From an uncultured cyanobacterium (lineage in GTDB: Bacteria > Cyanobacteriota > Cyanobacteriia > PCC-9006 > JAAUQQ01), in the NCBI GenBank assembly GCA_963718615.1, contig OY970368.1, forward strand, positions 4,288,001-4,352,000: DNA of 64,000 nucleotides, read 5' to 3'. The position numbers and the translations under genes were made by a program. Shown here one piece after another: positions 1-10,113 of this stretch (position 1 is its first letter; every line of letters starts with the position of its first letter). The notes under the pieces were generated by a model that saw only the letters and a program-made list of their open reading frames with translations, had not been told where the DNA came from and did no database searches.

Positions 1-2
1 AC

Positions 3-1922
3 TTCAGTGGCTATGGCAGCACGATTCAGGTTACTCCGGAGGGGCCGGTTCAGCGCAGTTTGGTCCTGTATGACAGCTGTTTAGAAGACAAAAATTCTGG
101 GATTCGAGATTGGCCCGAGGCCACGCTGCTGGCCTTACTGCGGGCATTGCCGACGGACCAGGTTATCTCTGTACTGGATACTAGCTATACCCTACCAGAG
201 GGCTATGGGTTGACGGAGGCGGTGCGGTTGCGATCGCGACCCAGTCCTCCCCCTGGGCCCTTAGATGCTCAAACCACAGACTTGCAAGAAAAACTGCGGG
301 GCCAACTCCAGGGGCGGGGTGTTTTGGTGAAACCCTCGGCCTCTGCCGGATTAATTCTACGCGCCACGGACTGGGGAGAGCTTGCCCTAGAATTTGACAG
401 CCCTGCGGGTCCCCTAGGGTTGATGACCTATGCCCTCACCCAGCAGCTTTGGCATACAGCTGCCGAGGCCAATTGGTCTCGGGTTTGGGTTAATGCCCAA
501 GAGCGACTTCCTAATCTGCTGCGGCGTGCCGCCTTGGTTCAGAGCAGTATTCCGGTGCTGTCCTTAGCCCAGTCGGGTTTGGTGCCAATGCAGCCCAGTG
601 GGGGAGCCGGCGTGGTGACGGCGGTGCGCAAGGATAAAACCGTGGAACTCTGGCTCGGAGGTCTCTCAACAGAAGCGCTGGCCTATGGGGGGGAAGGGGC
701 GATCGTCCGTTTGCGATCGCTGACGCCAGGGGCAAATGCCACCACAAGTGCCACCGAAAATACCACCGAACAGTATTTGCAAATTCAAAGTCGTACAGGC
801 CTTGGGGCTGAAGCTCGCCTCTACCGACCCCCCACAACGGGCCTGGCGAGTGCAGCAGAGGCTGGAGTGTCAATATCGCCGCCCAGTCCTCAACGGGGGC
901 AACTCATTCAAGAACAGGTGCGTCTCCTGCCGCGCCAGGTGGAATTGGCGGTGGCCGTGGACCAGCATCTGAATCGGATTGAGCGGGTCGATGCTACCAG
1001 TGCCCTATCTTCGCTTTCCAAGGTTTCAGTGGTGGCCCTGGGTAGTGCCCCCGCCGACTATCTGTTTGGTCGCGTTTCGCCCCATTTGCCCACACTGGTT
1101 GCCGCCCTTCCCCAGGAACTGCGTCCCCCCGGAACTGGCCTAGAGGATAGTCCCCAACCCGAGCTGCCAGGGATTCAGTACGGATTGCTAACCCTGGGGC
1201 ATTCTCCCCTGCCACCCACGGTGGGAGCCCCCTCGGAGGCCATTAAAACGGCAATTCAGCATTTGCAGCCCCATGTGCAATCCCTGCGAGCGGCCAAGAA
1301 TTTTCGGCTGCTGCAAAACGAATACAGCTCACGTTTGGCCGTGCGTAGCCATTGGCAGGTGCTGTCCCCCAATAATCAAGCCAAATCCGCCACTGCTGCG
1401 GCTACCGCCGAAACCCAACCCTCGCCCCGGCGCGATCGCCTCAGTGCCCATCCTGCCGTACCCTCTCCGTGGATGACCCTCGCGCCCCAGGATCGCCTAC
1501 GCTACCAGATCAAAAATGAGAGCGATCGCCCGGTTTATCTGATTATTCTCAGTTTTAGCAACCGGGCCAATTGGCATAGCCTCGCCATTCGCAACCTCAC
1601 CACCCCCCTAGTCCCTGCCGCCGAGGCCCAGGACAGTGTCGCTTTGCCCCAAGGCCAAAGTGTGGTTGAACTCTATAGCCTGGTCAGCACAGCACCCTTT
1701 AGCCAAACCCAAAAATTTCTGATGGGGGCTTCTGCGGCCAACCCGCCAGAGCGGGGTCAGCAGATTGCAATGCCCTTTGCCCTGTCAGAAGCGATTTTGC
1801 AGGATTTGCAACAGGCCAGCTTGGCCCATCAAATTGCGCCCACCAGCAATAGCGATTTCTATACCCTAGACCTTTCTACTTGGGCCGCGTTTCATCAAAC
1901 CTGCCAGATTACAAACCTTTGA
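3..1922 (+). CDS. Caspase-family (peptidase C14) pseudo-orthocaspase with probable C-terminal DUF4384-like domain; 5'-truncated by the window edge
   Basis: The frame is open from position 3 (FSGYGSTIQ...). The p20 motifs read SGYG and VLDTSY where active C14 enzymes have SGHG and D-x-C. The C-terminal LRYQIKNESDRPVYLIIL resembles DUF4384. Confidence 0.7.
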   Translation, partial: FSGYGSTIQVTPEGPVQRSLVLYDSCLEDKNSGIRDWPEATLLALLRALPTDQVISVLDTSYTLPEGYGLTEAVRLRSRPSPPPGPLDAQTTDLQEKLRGQLQGRGVLVKPSASAGLILRATDWGELALEFDSPAGPLGLMTYALTQQLWHTAAEANWSRVWVNAQERLPNLLRRAALVQSSIPVLSLAQSGLVPMQPSGGAGVVTAVRKDKTVELWLGGLSTEALAYGGEGAIVRLRSLTPGANATTSATENTTEQYLQIQSRTGLGAEARLYRPPTTGLASAAEAGVSISPPSPQRGQLIQEQVRLLPRQVELAVAVDQHLNRIERVDATSALSSLSKVSVVALGSAPADYLFGRVSPHLPTLVAALPQELRPPGTGLEDSPQPELPGIQYGLLTLGHSPLPPTVGAPSEAIKTAIQHLQPHVQSLRAAKNFRLLQNEYSSRLAVRSHWQVLSPNNQAKSATAAATAETQPSPRRDRLSAHPAVPSPWMTLAPQDRLRYQIKNESDRPVYLIILSFSNRANWHSLAIRNLTTPLVPAAEAQDSVALPQGQSVVELYSLVSTAPFSQTQKFLMGASAANPPERGQQIAMPFALSEAILQDLQQASLAHQIAPTSNSDFYTLDLSTWAAFHQTCQITNL

Positions 1923-2063
1923 GGCCCAACCCATCAACTTTGTCCCCCTTTTCCCCACCCCCTTAGGGGATGTGCGTTAAGATTAATTAACATCGGGTTC
2001 AGATTGGGAGTCACCCCTCCCATCCCCTAACTATTTGAGACTATTTGAGGAGGAAGCGCTTCG

Positions 2064-3908
2064 GTGAAAAAGCGGTGGAGAAATGTTGGGCTCTATGCCC
2101 TGTTGCTGTTAGTCGTTGTGGCTCTGCTCACCTCGTTCCTAGATACTGCGCCTCAGTCCAACAAAGAAACCTGGCGCTACAGCCAGTTTTTGCAGGCGGT
2201 TGAAAAGCAGGAGGTGGTGGGCGTTCTCATCAGCCCCAATGACAGTCGTGCCACGGTCAAAACTAAAACGGGCGACAAGGTCGAAGTCAATTTGCCCCCA
2301 GACCCCAACTTGGAATCAATGTTGGTGCGCAACGGTGTGGATCTCGCGGTGAATCCCGGTACCACCGACAACGTCTGGCTGCGGACAGCCAGCAGCTTCT
2401 TCCTGCCGTTCCTGTTGCTGGTAGGTTTGTTTTTCCTGCTGCGTCGAGCTCAAAATGGTCCCGGCAGTCAGGCGATGAACTTTGGCAAGTCTAAGGCTCG
2501 GGTCCAGATGGAGCCCCAAACCCAGGTGACCTTTGGCGATGTAGCCGGTATCGACCAAGCCAAACTGGAATTGACCGAAGTCGTGGACTTCCTCAAGAAT
2601 GCCGAGCGCTTTACGGCGGTCGGAGCCAAAATTCCCAAGGGTGTTCTGCTGGTCGGGCCTCCGGGCACCGGTAAGACGCTCCTCGCTCGGGCGGTTGCGG
2701 GGGAAGCGGGCGTGCCGTTCTTCTCGATCTCCGGTTCTGAGTTCGTCGAAATGTTTGTGGGCGTGGGCGCGTCGCGGGTCCGGGACCTGTTTGAACAAGC
2801 CAAAAACAATGCCCCCTGCATTGTCTTTATCGATGAAATTGATGCGGTGGGTCGTCAACGGGGCGCGGGCCTGGGCGGCGGCAACGATGAGCGGGAGCAA
2901 ACCCTCAACCAGTTGCTGACCGAAATGGACGGCTTTGAGGGCAATACTGGCATCATCATCATTGCGGCAACCAACCGTCCCGACGTGCTTGATTCGGCCT
3001 TGATGCGTCCCGGTCGGTTTGACCGTCAAGTCGTGGTTGATCGCCCGGACTACGCCGGTCGTCTGGAAATTCTCAATGTCCATGCTCGTGGCAAAACCCT
3101 AGCCAAGGATGTTGACCTAGAGAAAATTGCTCGCCGGACCCCTGGGTTTACGGGGGCTGATCTCTCTAACCTGCTGAATGAGGCGGCGATTTTAGCGGCC
3201 CGTCGCAATTTGACCGAAGTTTCCATGGATGAAGTCAACGATGCCATCGATCGCGTCCTGGCTGGTCCTGAGAAGAAAGACCGCGTCATGAGCGAAAAGC
3301 GCAAGCAGCTCGTTGCCTACCACGAAGCTGGTCACGCCCTAGTCGGTGCGCTGATGCCCGACTATGACCCAGTCCAGAAAATCAGCATTATTCCTCGCGG
3401 TCGTGCCGGGGGCTTGACCTGGTTCACCCCTAGCGAAGATCGCATGGAGTCTGGGCTTTACTCCCGTGCCTATTTGCGCAACCAAATGGCTGTGGCCCTA
3501 GGTGGACGCGTGGCCGAAGAGATTATCTTTGGCGAAGAGGAAGTCACAACCGGCGCATCCAATGACCTCCAGCAGGTGGCTCGGGTGGCCCGGCAGATGA
3601 TTACGCGGTTTGGCATGAGCGATCGCCTCGGTCCCGTGGCCCTAGGCCGTCAGCAAGGCAGCAGCATGTTCCTCGGTCGTGAAATCGCCGCTGAGCGAGA
3701 TTTTTCCGAAGAAACGGCATCTGCCATTGACGAAGAAGTTCGGACCCTAGTCGACCAAGCCTATGCACGCTGCAAGGATGTTCTGGTCAGCAACCGTGAC
3801 GTTTTGGATCAGCTGGCGCAAATGCTGATCGACAAAGAAACCGTGGATTCGGAAGAACTGCAAGAGTTGTTGGGCAAAAACGATGTGAAGATGGCGGCGA
3901 TCGCCTAG
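2064..3908 (+). CDS. ftsH: ATP-dependent zinc metalloprotease FtsH (FtsH3-type)
   Basis: Two TM segments, Walker A GPPGTGKT, Walker [20 protein letters not shown] and Zn motif HEAGH. The N-terminus [12 protein letters not shown] is typical of cyanobacterial FtsH3. GAGGAGG Shine-Dalgarno upstream. Confidence 0.95.
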   Translation: MKKRWRNVGLYALLLLVVVALLTSFLDTAPQSNKETWRYSQFLQAVEKQEVVGVLISPNDSRATVKTKTGDKVEVNLPPDPNLESMLVRNGVDLAVNPGTTDNVWLRTASSFFLPFLLLVGLFFLLRRAQNGPGSQAMNFGKSKARVQMEPQTQVTFGDVAGIDQAKLELTEVVDFLKNAERFTAVGAKIPKGVLLVGPPGTGKTLLARAVAGEAGVPFFSISGSEFVEMFVGVGASRVRDLFEQAKNNAPCIVFIDEIDAVGRQRGAGLGGGNDEREQTLNQLLTEMDGFEGNTGIIIIAATNRPDVLDSALMRPGRFDRQVVVDRPDYAGRLEILNVHARGKTLAKDVDLEKIARRTPGFTGADLSNLLNEAAILAARRNLTEVSMDEVNDAIDRVLAGPEKKDRVMSEKRKQLVAYHEAGHALVGALMPDYDPVQKISIIPRGRAGGLTWFTPSEDRMESGLYSRAYLRNQMAVALGGRVAEEIIFGEEEVTTGASNDLQQVARVARQMITRFGMSDRLGPVALGRQQGSSMFLGREIAAERDFSEETASAIDEEVRTLVDQAYARCKDVLVSNRDVLDQLAQMLIDKETVDSEELQELLGKNDVKMAAIA

Positions 3909-4072
3909 CTTTCCATCCGGCTCTAGGGCATTTTCGGCTGTCTAGCATGGCCAAAAGTGTAACGCTCGATAACGCAAATCCGCTTCCCTCCAACGCTTTT
4001 TAAAGCAGCAATTGATAATAGGAGTAGTCCTTGGACTGCTCCTTTTTTGTGGGGATTCCCTGAGGGAAATCC

Positions 4073-4804
4073 TTGGAGAAATCCCTAAGGCTTATTTTGG
4101 ATCGAGAGGAATCGGACTTGGTGAGACCATCACGTCGAAAATTGTCCCAGGAGCCTTGGGTTTTGCCCACAGGGGTGCGCTGGCGATCGCAACTGCTCCA
4201 ACATCGGGTTATTGGTATTCTTCGAGCCCCTTCCCTCTCAATCGGTGAAGCCATGGCCGCCGCTGCGGTTCGGGGGGGACTGCGGCTGCTAGAAGTGACT
4301 TGGACGAGCGATCGCCCCCTACAACTTCTGGAACGCCTGCGCGATCGCTGGCCCCAATGCCAGATCGGGGTTGGTACCGTGCTCTCTGTCGAACAGCTGC
4401 AAGCCTCGATCGCCGCAGGAGCCCAGTTTGGCTTCAGCCCTGTGTCGGATTTAAACCTGATTCACCAGGCAGCGGCAGTGGAATTTCCCTTTGTGGCAGG
4501 AGCCCTCACCCCTAACGAAATTTGGCAAACCTGGCAAGCCGGAGCCAGCGCTGTCAAGGTATTTCCGGCAACGGCTCTGGGTGGCCCCAGCTACATTCGC
4601 AATCTGCAAGGGCCCCTAAGCGCGATTCCATTAATCCCTACAGGAGGCATTACCGTTGAAAATGCGACCGCTTTTTTGGCAGCGGGGGCGATCGCCGTGG
4701 GGATTGCCGGAGATCTCTTTCCCCCAGCCCTGCTCGCCCATCAAGACTGGCCCGCCATCGAGCAGCGCATTGCCCAACTGGTTCAACACCTAGGCAAACT
4801 TTAG
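4073..4804 (+). CDS. eda: KDPG/KHG aldolase (true start possibly GTG 4175)
   Basis: Motifs LEVT, IGVGTV, GAQFGFSP, GALTPNEI, VKVFPA and IPTGGI. Confidence 0.85.
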   Translation: MEKSLRLILDREESDLVRPSRRKLSQEPWVLPTGVRWRSQLLQHRVIGILRAPSLSIGEAMAAAAVRGGLRLLEVTWTSDRPLQLLERLRDRWPQCQIGVGTVLSVEQLQASIAAGAQFGFSPVSDLNLIHQAAAVEFPFVAGALTPNEIWQTWQAGASAVKVFPATALGGPSYIRNLQGPLSAIPLIPTGGITVENATAFLAAGAIAVGIAGDLFPPALLAHQDWPAIEQRIAQLVQHLGKL

Positions 4805-4811
4805 GCAAACT

Positions 4812-5306
4812 TTAGGAAAAATTCAGTGACGGCTTAGACAGGCGACATTGCTCTTGGGAATGGAGCCACTTGCGCATGGTTAAACAATTGCGACCTTCGG
4901 AGGTTCGAGTATAGCTGACTTGATCGGCAATTTCGCGGATCAACCGGAGACCTCGTCCACTCTCCGCCTCGTCGGATCCTTGGCTAGACAATGTCTTGAG
5001 ATACCCCGATAGATCAAAGGGTTGTCCTTGGTCCCAAATTTGAATTTCAACCTTACGTTCTGAGCAAATGGCCTGTAGCTCAATGGCGGTAGCCTCTGGG
5101 CGATTGCCATGGGCATGCTTGACGGCATTGGTAAAGCCTTCCGCAAGGGCAATGCGGCATTGCTCCCAATCCGTTTCCTGGGAAAATGACAGACGCAACT
5201 GCTCGAACCACGCCAGAACGGTGGCGAGGGCATGCAAGTTGGAAGGGACGCGCAAAGAAATTTTCTGAAGCACCGGTGGGCAAGGGAAAGCAAAAAGCGC
5301 AATCAA
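4812..5306 (-). CDS. RsbW-like anti-sigma factor / Ser-Thr kinase (HATPase_c_2)
   Basis: N box LAEGFTNAVKHAH, G1 box IWDQGQPFD and G2 box ESGRGL. Confidence 0.8.
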   Translation of the reverse strand: MIALFAFPCPPVLQKISLRVPSNLHALATVLAWFEQLRLSFSQETDWEQCRIALAEGFTNAVKHAHGNRPEATAIELQAICSERKVEIQIWDQGQPFDLSGYLKTLSSQGSDEAESGRGLRLIREIADQVSYTRTSEGRNCLTMRKWLHSQEQCRLSKPSLNFS

Positions 5307-5665
5307 AGGGTCATCCCACGCATCAACCCAAGCTTAAGCCAGGGAACGGAACTAGAGACAACCGTCATGAAGGTAGTGCACAGGACTTCAAAGTACTAAA
5401 ATAACTCAGGATGCAGGCTCGGACAATGGGAAGATCCCGGAGGAACCCTAGATTTTCTAACCAATCTGACCCATGGCAACCCTTCTTGCTCTAGGCTAAA
5501 ACAAGAAAGGGCATATTGACCACTATATTGCTCGTCTTGAGCGTCGGAGCCCCATATTATAGTTATCGAAATTCCCTAACAATCGAAATTTCTTCGTTTA
5601 ATCCTTTTCGATAAACAGCGTCCTACCGAAAACTTCATTCGTTATTCTTCCTTTGCCGCAACTCC

Positions 5666-6811
5666 ATGGCGGATATTTTAGTCGTTGATGATGATCCCGC
5701 AATCCAGCTTGTCCTGAAGCGGACGCTTTCCCAGCAGGGACATTGCGTTTCGCTGGCTGACAATGGGTGTGATGGGTTGTTGAAGGCTCAACAGGAGCAG
5801 CCTGCCCTGATCATTTGTGATTGGATGATGCCGCTCATGGATGGCTTAGAGGTCTGTCGCCGGGTTAAAGAGGATCCAAGGTTATCCACGACTTTTTTTA
5901 TTTTACTGACCTCAAAAAAGTCCTTAACCGATCGGGTTCGCGGCCTGGACAGTGGGGCGGATGATTTTTTGGCTAAGCCGATCGAATTGGCTGAGCTAAA
6001 AGCCAGGATTAGGGCGGCATTGAGGATTCAGCAGCTGACCCGCGATCTACAATTGCAAAAGCAACAGCTAGAGAACGAGCTAGCCGAAGCCAGCGACTAT
6101 GTTCAATCGCTCTTGCCCCTGACGCTGCGCAGTCCCCTGGCGATCGACTCCTGTTTTATTCCGTCTCGGCAGTTAGGCGGCGACTGTTTTGACTATGCCT
6201 GGATCAGTGCCAATCACTTGGTGGTGTTTTTGCTCGATATGTCGGGCCATGGTTTAGGGGCTGCGCTGCCCTCGGTGTCCATCCTCAATTTGCTGCGGTC
6301 CCAGTCCCTCACAGGCGTTGATTTTCATCAGCCCCACCAGGTGTTGACGGCCCTCAACCGCATTTTTCAGATGGACAATCAGGGGGACAAATATTTCACC
6401 ATGTGGTATGGGATTTATAGTCGGAGCGATCGCCAACTCCGTTACGCCAGCGCCGGCCATCCCCCCGCCCTTTTGCTGTCCTACGAAGGTAAAAATTGCC
6501 AGGTCACCCGCCTCAAAACCCCTGGTTTTCCCATTGGTCTCTTTCCAGAGGCCCAGTTTGTCAGTCAGACCCAGGTAATTCCGAGGTCTAGTCAGCTCTA
6601 CATTTTCAGCGATGGGGTATATGAAATCCCTCAACCAGATGGCACCATTTGGGGGTTAGATCCCTTTGTGGAGATGCTTCAGGAAGTTTCCTGCCAAGCC
6701 GGTACTGACTGTGGAAAAAGCACAATCGCAGACATCCTAGAACGCCTGCGATTGCTGAATTCGGCACCCAGTTTTAATGACGACGTGTCTTTGATTCAGG
6801 TGAATCTTTGA
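5666..6811 (+). CDS. Response regulator with C-terminal PP2C/SpoIIE (RsbU-like) phosphatase
   Basis: Receiver motifs LVVDDD, ICDWMMP and KP. Phosphatase motifs GGDCFD, LDMSGHG, ASAGHPP, FSDGVYE and DDVS. Confidence 0.9.
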   Translation: MADILVVDDDPAIQLVLKRTLSQQGHCVSLADNGCDGLLKAQQEQPALIICDWMMPLMDGLEVCRRVKEDPRLSTTFFILLTSKKSLTDRVRGLDSGADDFLAKPIELAELKARIRAALRIQQLTRDLQLQKQQLENELAEASDYVQSLLPLTLRSPLAIDSCFIPSRQLGGDCFDYAWISANHLVVFLLDMSGHGLGAALPSVSILNLLRSQSLTGVDFHQPHQVLTALNRIFQMDNQGDKYFTMWYGIYSRSDRQLRYASAGHPPALLLSYEGKNCQVTRLKTPGFPIGLFPEAQFVSQTQVIPRSSQLYIFSDGVYEIPQPDGTIWGLDPFVEMLQEVSCQAGTDCGKSTIADILERLRLLNSAPSFNDDVSLIQVNL

Positions 6812-6861
6812 GGGGTCAATTTTTGAGGGGTCAATTTTTGAGTTTTATGCAAGGTCATCGC

Positions 6862-7461
6862 CTAGGGCCGGGGAAACTGGGTATTGACAAAGCCCAGCTC
6901 AAATAACTGTTGGTAGGCCCGTTTGCCCAGGTCTTGGGTGGGATTCTGGCTGCGAATAATCTGGACCAAGAGAGGAACCGCCAGGTCCGGCTGATTTTTC
7001 GCCCGGTGGGTCAGCGCCAAGCGATAGGTGGCTTCGTCCCGGAGCTGAGCCGCAGCTACGGCTTGCTCCCGCAAATCCTTGGAAATCCGGCTTTCAATCC
7101 CTTGGAAGGCCGTGCTCAAATCTTGATAAAAATTAGAGACCTGGTTAAAGACCTGGCGGGCGCTTTGCAGCTTTTCTTCCGAAAGGTCATAGTTTTGGGC
7201 ATTGACAGCGGCGTCCGCTTCTTGCATTAACCGACGTCCACCCTCTAGACTCAGCAGACTTCCCGGTTGCGCCAGGGGACGCAAATCTCCCGAGTTTTGA
7301 GCCAAGATTGCTGGGGACTGTTGGGGGGAAACCGCACCCGCCGTCGTTTGAGCTTGGGCCGCGACGGGCTGAAACGCAGTTATTGCAGAAGCGAGAGAAA
7401 AAATCGCGCAATAACGGAGGACAAAAGGAGAAACAGGAGGCATAGTGCAGAAGAAATGCAA
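6862..7461 (-). CDS. Conserved cyanobacterial exported helical (TPR-like) hypothetical protein
   Basis: Signal-peptide-like N-terminus (AAQAQ). Helical C-terminus AVPLLVQIIRSQNPT...AYQQLFELGF resembles conserved cyanobacterial proteins. Confidence 0.65.
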   Translation of the reverse strand: MHFFCTMPPVSPFVLRYCAIFSLASAITAFQPVAAQAQTTAGAVSPQQSPAILAQNSGDLRPLAQPGSLLSLEGGRRLMQEADAAVNAQNYDLSEEKLQSARQVFNQVSNFYQDLSTAFQGIESRISKDLREQAVAAAQLRDEATYRLALTHRAKNQPDLAVPLLVQIIRSQNPTQDLGKRAYQQLFELGFVNTQFPRP

Positions 7462-7614
7462 TTTTGAAGTCGCGTCCGGGAACGGTTACGTAGCTGTTTC
7501 GCTAGACTAGGCTAGCGGCTAGGAAGTTTCCGAAGATCTTTCCAGGCCAGTTTCCGAACCTAGCCAGCGTTTTAGTCCGGTTCAGCTCAGGTCGTCAAGT
7601 TATTCTATACCCTC

Positions 7615-9747
7615 ATGAGTGCTGCTCCAGATCCCTCGATCCCACCTGTTCAAACCTCAACCTTTGGGGGGGTTCCCCTGGGGCGGGAAGGTCTAATTTT
7701 GCAACGGGGGGGCGAGGAATTGGTGCTTTTGAAGTCGCCGGATTGCTTTACGATTTGCCTCGAAGAGATGGGGTCTGGGACAAACCGAGACGTGATGGGA
7801 GCATCTCGGCTGTTGGGGGCACTGCCCTTAGTCGATCGCGCGGAATTGCCCACAGGATTGCAGGTGGTTCAGGTGCCGGAGTCGGAGCTTGAGGCGGCGA
7901 TGGCCCAAGCGCGGGCCTCTGCGGCTAGCCGCTATGTGAGCCATGTTTATCATCTTTATAATGACCCCCGTGCGCGGATTTATCTGACGGATGAGATGAC
8001 GGTCCAGTTTGCGCCTCAAGTTACTCAAGCCCAGCAGGAAGCGATCGCCTCCTCCCTCGGTCTCCAACGGGTTCGCTCCGTCCCCGGCCTCGCCAACACC
8101 CAAATTTTTCGAGTCACCGCCGAGGCCCAGGACAACCCGGTCAAGCTGGCCAATCAACTGATGACGCTGCCCGAGGTTTTGCTGGCGGAAGCCAATGTGA
8201 TTGTGCCGAGCCAGTCGGCCTATCGGCCCAAGGATTCACTCTATAGCCAGCAATGGTATCTCCAGCACAATGGGGGGACGGAGCTAACGGCCAATTCCCA
8301 CATCAGCGCGGAGCAGGCGTGGGATATTACGCGGGGCGATCGCTCCATTGTGATTGCCATTGCCGACGACGCCATTGACATTGGCCATCCAGATTTCCAG
8401 GGCATGGGCAAAATTGTCGCCCCCCGAGACCTGTTTGACAAAGATTTTTCACCGCTACCCACCGGGAAGGACGATAACCACGGCACCGCCGTCGCCGGGG
8501 TGGCCCTAGCGGAGGAAAACGGCAGTGGTATCGTCGGCGTGGCTCCAGGTTGCGCCATGATGCCGGTGCGCACGACGGGATTTTTGGATGATACCTCCGT
8601 GGAAGCGGTGTTTGACTGGGTGCGAACCCAAGGGGCTGCGGTGGTTTGTTGTAGTTGGGGGGCCGGGGCCGTCCGGTTTCCCTTGTCCCTGCGACAGCGG
8701 GCGGCGATTACCCGTGCGGCGTCGGAGGGGCGCGGCGGACGGGGCTGTGTGATCGTATTTGCGGCGGGGAATTTCAACCGACCGTTAAACAGTACGGTGC
8801 AGGAACAGGGCTGGCCCAACAATATTTTGACCGGCGTGACCACCTGGCTGAATGGTTATGCGGTCCATCCCGATATTATTACCGTGGGAGCCTGCACCAG
8901 CCAAAACAAAAAAGCGGCCTATAGCAACTGGGGCGATGAGCTGTTTATTTGTGCCCCCAGCAACAATGCGCCTCCGGCCATCTGGCTAGAGCAGACGGGC
9001 TACATTGAAGTGCCGCCCAAGTATAATCGCCGCCTACCCGGAGCCCCGGTGATTACGACCGATCGCCCTGGTTCCGCAGGCTATAGTGCCGACAACTATA
9101 CCAATGCCTTTGGGGGAACGTCATCGGCTTGTCCGATCGTTGCTGGGGTGGTCGGGTTAATGCTGTCGGTGAATCCCAATTTGACCGTGGCGGATGTCAA
9201 GCGCATTCTGCAACAAACGGCGGACAAAATCATCGATCGGGATGAAGATCCCCAGTTCAAAGTTAATTTTGGGACCTACGAGGCCAATGGCCATTCCCGC
9301 TGGTTTGGCTATGGCAAGGTGAATGCGGCGAAGGCAGTGCAGGCGGCTCAGGCGGCGATTCAAGGGCCGGGGAAACCTCAGCAGCAGGTGCGGTTGAAGA
9401 GCGATCGCGCGGTGACCATTGGCGATCGCCAACTCACCCAAAGTGTTCTGCAAGTGCAGCAAACGGGTCTGGTTAAAACCCTAACGGTACAGGTAGATCT
9501 GGAGCATGGCTATTTGGGGGATGTGGAGTTACGCCTAGTTTCTCCGAGCCAAGAGTCAATTTTGTTGCAAAGTCGCGTATTGGGACGGCGGACCCAGCTC
9601 CAGGCAACCTATGATGTAACGACAACTCCTTTACTGAAGCGGCTGGTACAGAAGCCTTCCCAAGGGCAGTGGCAGCTTGAGGTTCAGGATTATGCGACGA
9701 CACATACGGGAACCTTGAAGCAGTGGGAGCTGGTGTTGGGGCTTTAG
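7615..9747 (+). CDS. S8 (subtilisin/kexin-like) serine protease with C-terminal P-proprotein domain
   Basis: Catalytic motifs IAIADDAID, HGTAVAG, FAAGN and GGTSSACP. P-domain LEHGYLGDVELRLVSP...GQWQLEVQD. Confidence 0.9.
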   Translation: MSAAPDPSIPPVQTSTFGGVPLGREGLILQRGGEELVLLKSPDCFTICLEEMGSGTNRDVMGASRLLGALPLVDRAELPTGLQVVQVPESELEAAMAQARASAASRYVSHVYHLYNDPRARIYLTDEMTVQFAPQVTQAQQEAIASSLGLQRVRSVPGLANTQIFRVTAEAQDNPVKLANQLMTLPEVLLAEANVIVPSQSAYRPKDSLYSQQWYLQHNGGTELTANSHISAEQAWDITRGDRSIVIAIADDAIDIGHPDFQGMGKIVAPRDLFDKDFSPLPTGKDDNHGTAVAGVALAEENGSGIVGVAPGCAMMPVRTTGFLDDTSVEAVFDWVRTQGAAVVCCSWGAGAVRFPLSLRQRAAITRAASEGRGGRGCVIVFAAGNFNRPLNSTVQEQGWPNNILTGVTTWLNGYAVHPDIITVGACTSQNKKAAYSNWGDELFICAPSNNAPPAIWLEQTGYIEVPPKYNRRLPGAPVITTDRPGSAGYSADNYTNAFGGTSSACPIVAGVVGLMLSVNPNLTVADVKRILQQTADKIIDRDEDPQFKVNFGTYEANGHSRWFGYGKVNAAKAVQAAQAAIQGPGKPQQQVRLKSDRAVTIGDRQLTQSVLQVQQTGLVKTLTVQVDLEHGYLGDVELRLVSPSQESILLQSRVLGRRTQLQATYDVTTTPLLKRLVQKPSQGQWQLEVQDYATTHTGTLKQWELVLGL

Positions 9748-10113
9748 GATTAAAAAAGCCAATGAGGAGGGAATGGCTGAACGTTGATTCCCGGTGGTGC
9801 AGGGATTACCTGGAATTGCTCCTTTAGCGAAGCCCTTAACCATTGACCCGCGATTCTCGTTGGCTCGTCCAGTCATTCTGCGATTTGGTGTAAAGGGGAA
9901 CGATACTCATCTTTTGCTTGCCTCAACAACTATCTTTGTCATACCGCCTCCGATACCATGCATTACGGTTCTACTCTGTCTCATCCCAGCGGTTCCGGGG
10001 AACATGCAATAATACGAAGATCCTAAGGATTTCACAACGCACCTTATCAACCCAGTGGCAGCTTTTATTGTGACCTAAATCACCGATCGAAGCACGGTTT
10101 CCCATTTCGTAGA

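Noticed and set aside
2316-3083. Long antisense ORFs over ftsH (and similarly over leuA, pstS and the macroglobulin gene)
   Set aside because: Shadow ORFs expected from codon bias in GC-rich conserved genes; no motifs.
7615-9747. First S8 protease as part of the defence island
   Set aside because: Different subfamily (P-domain type), host-like composition, HIP1-rich and outside the IS ends.
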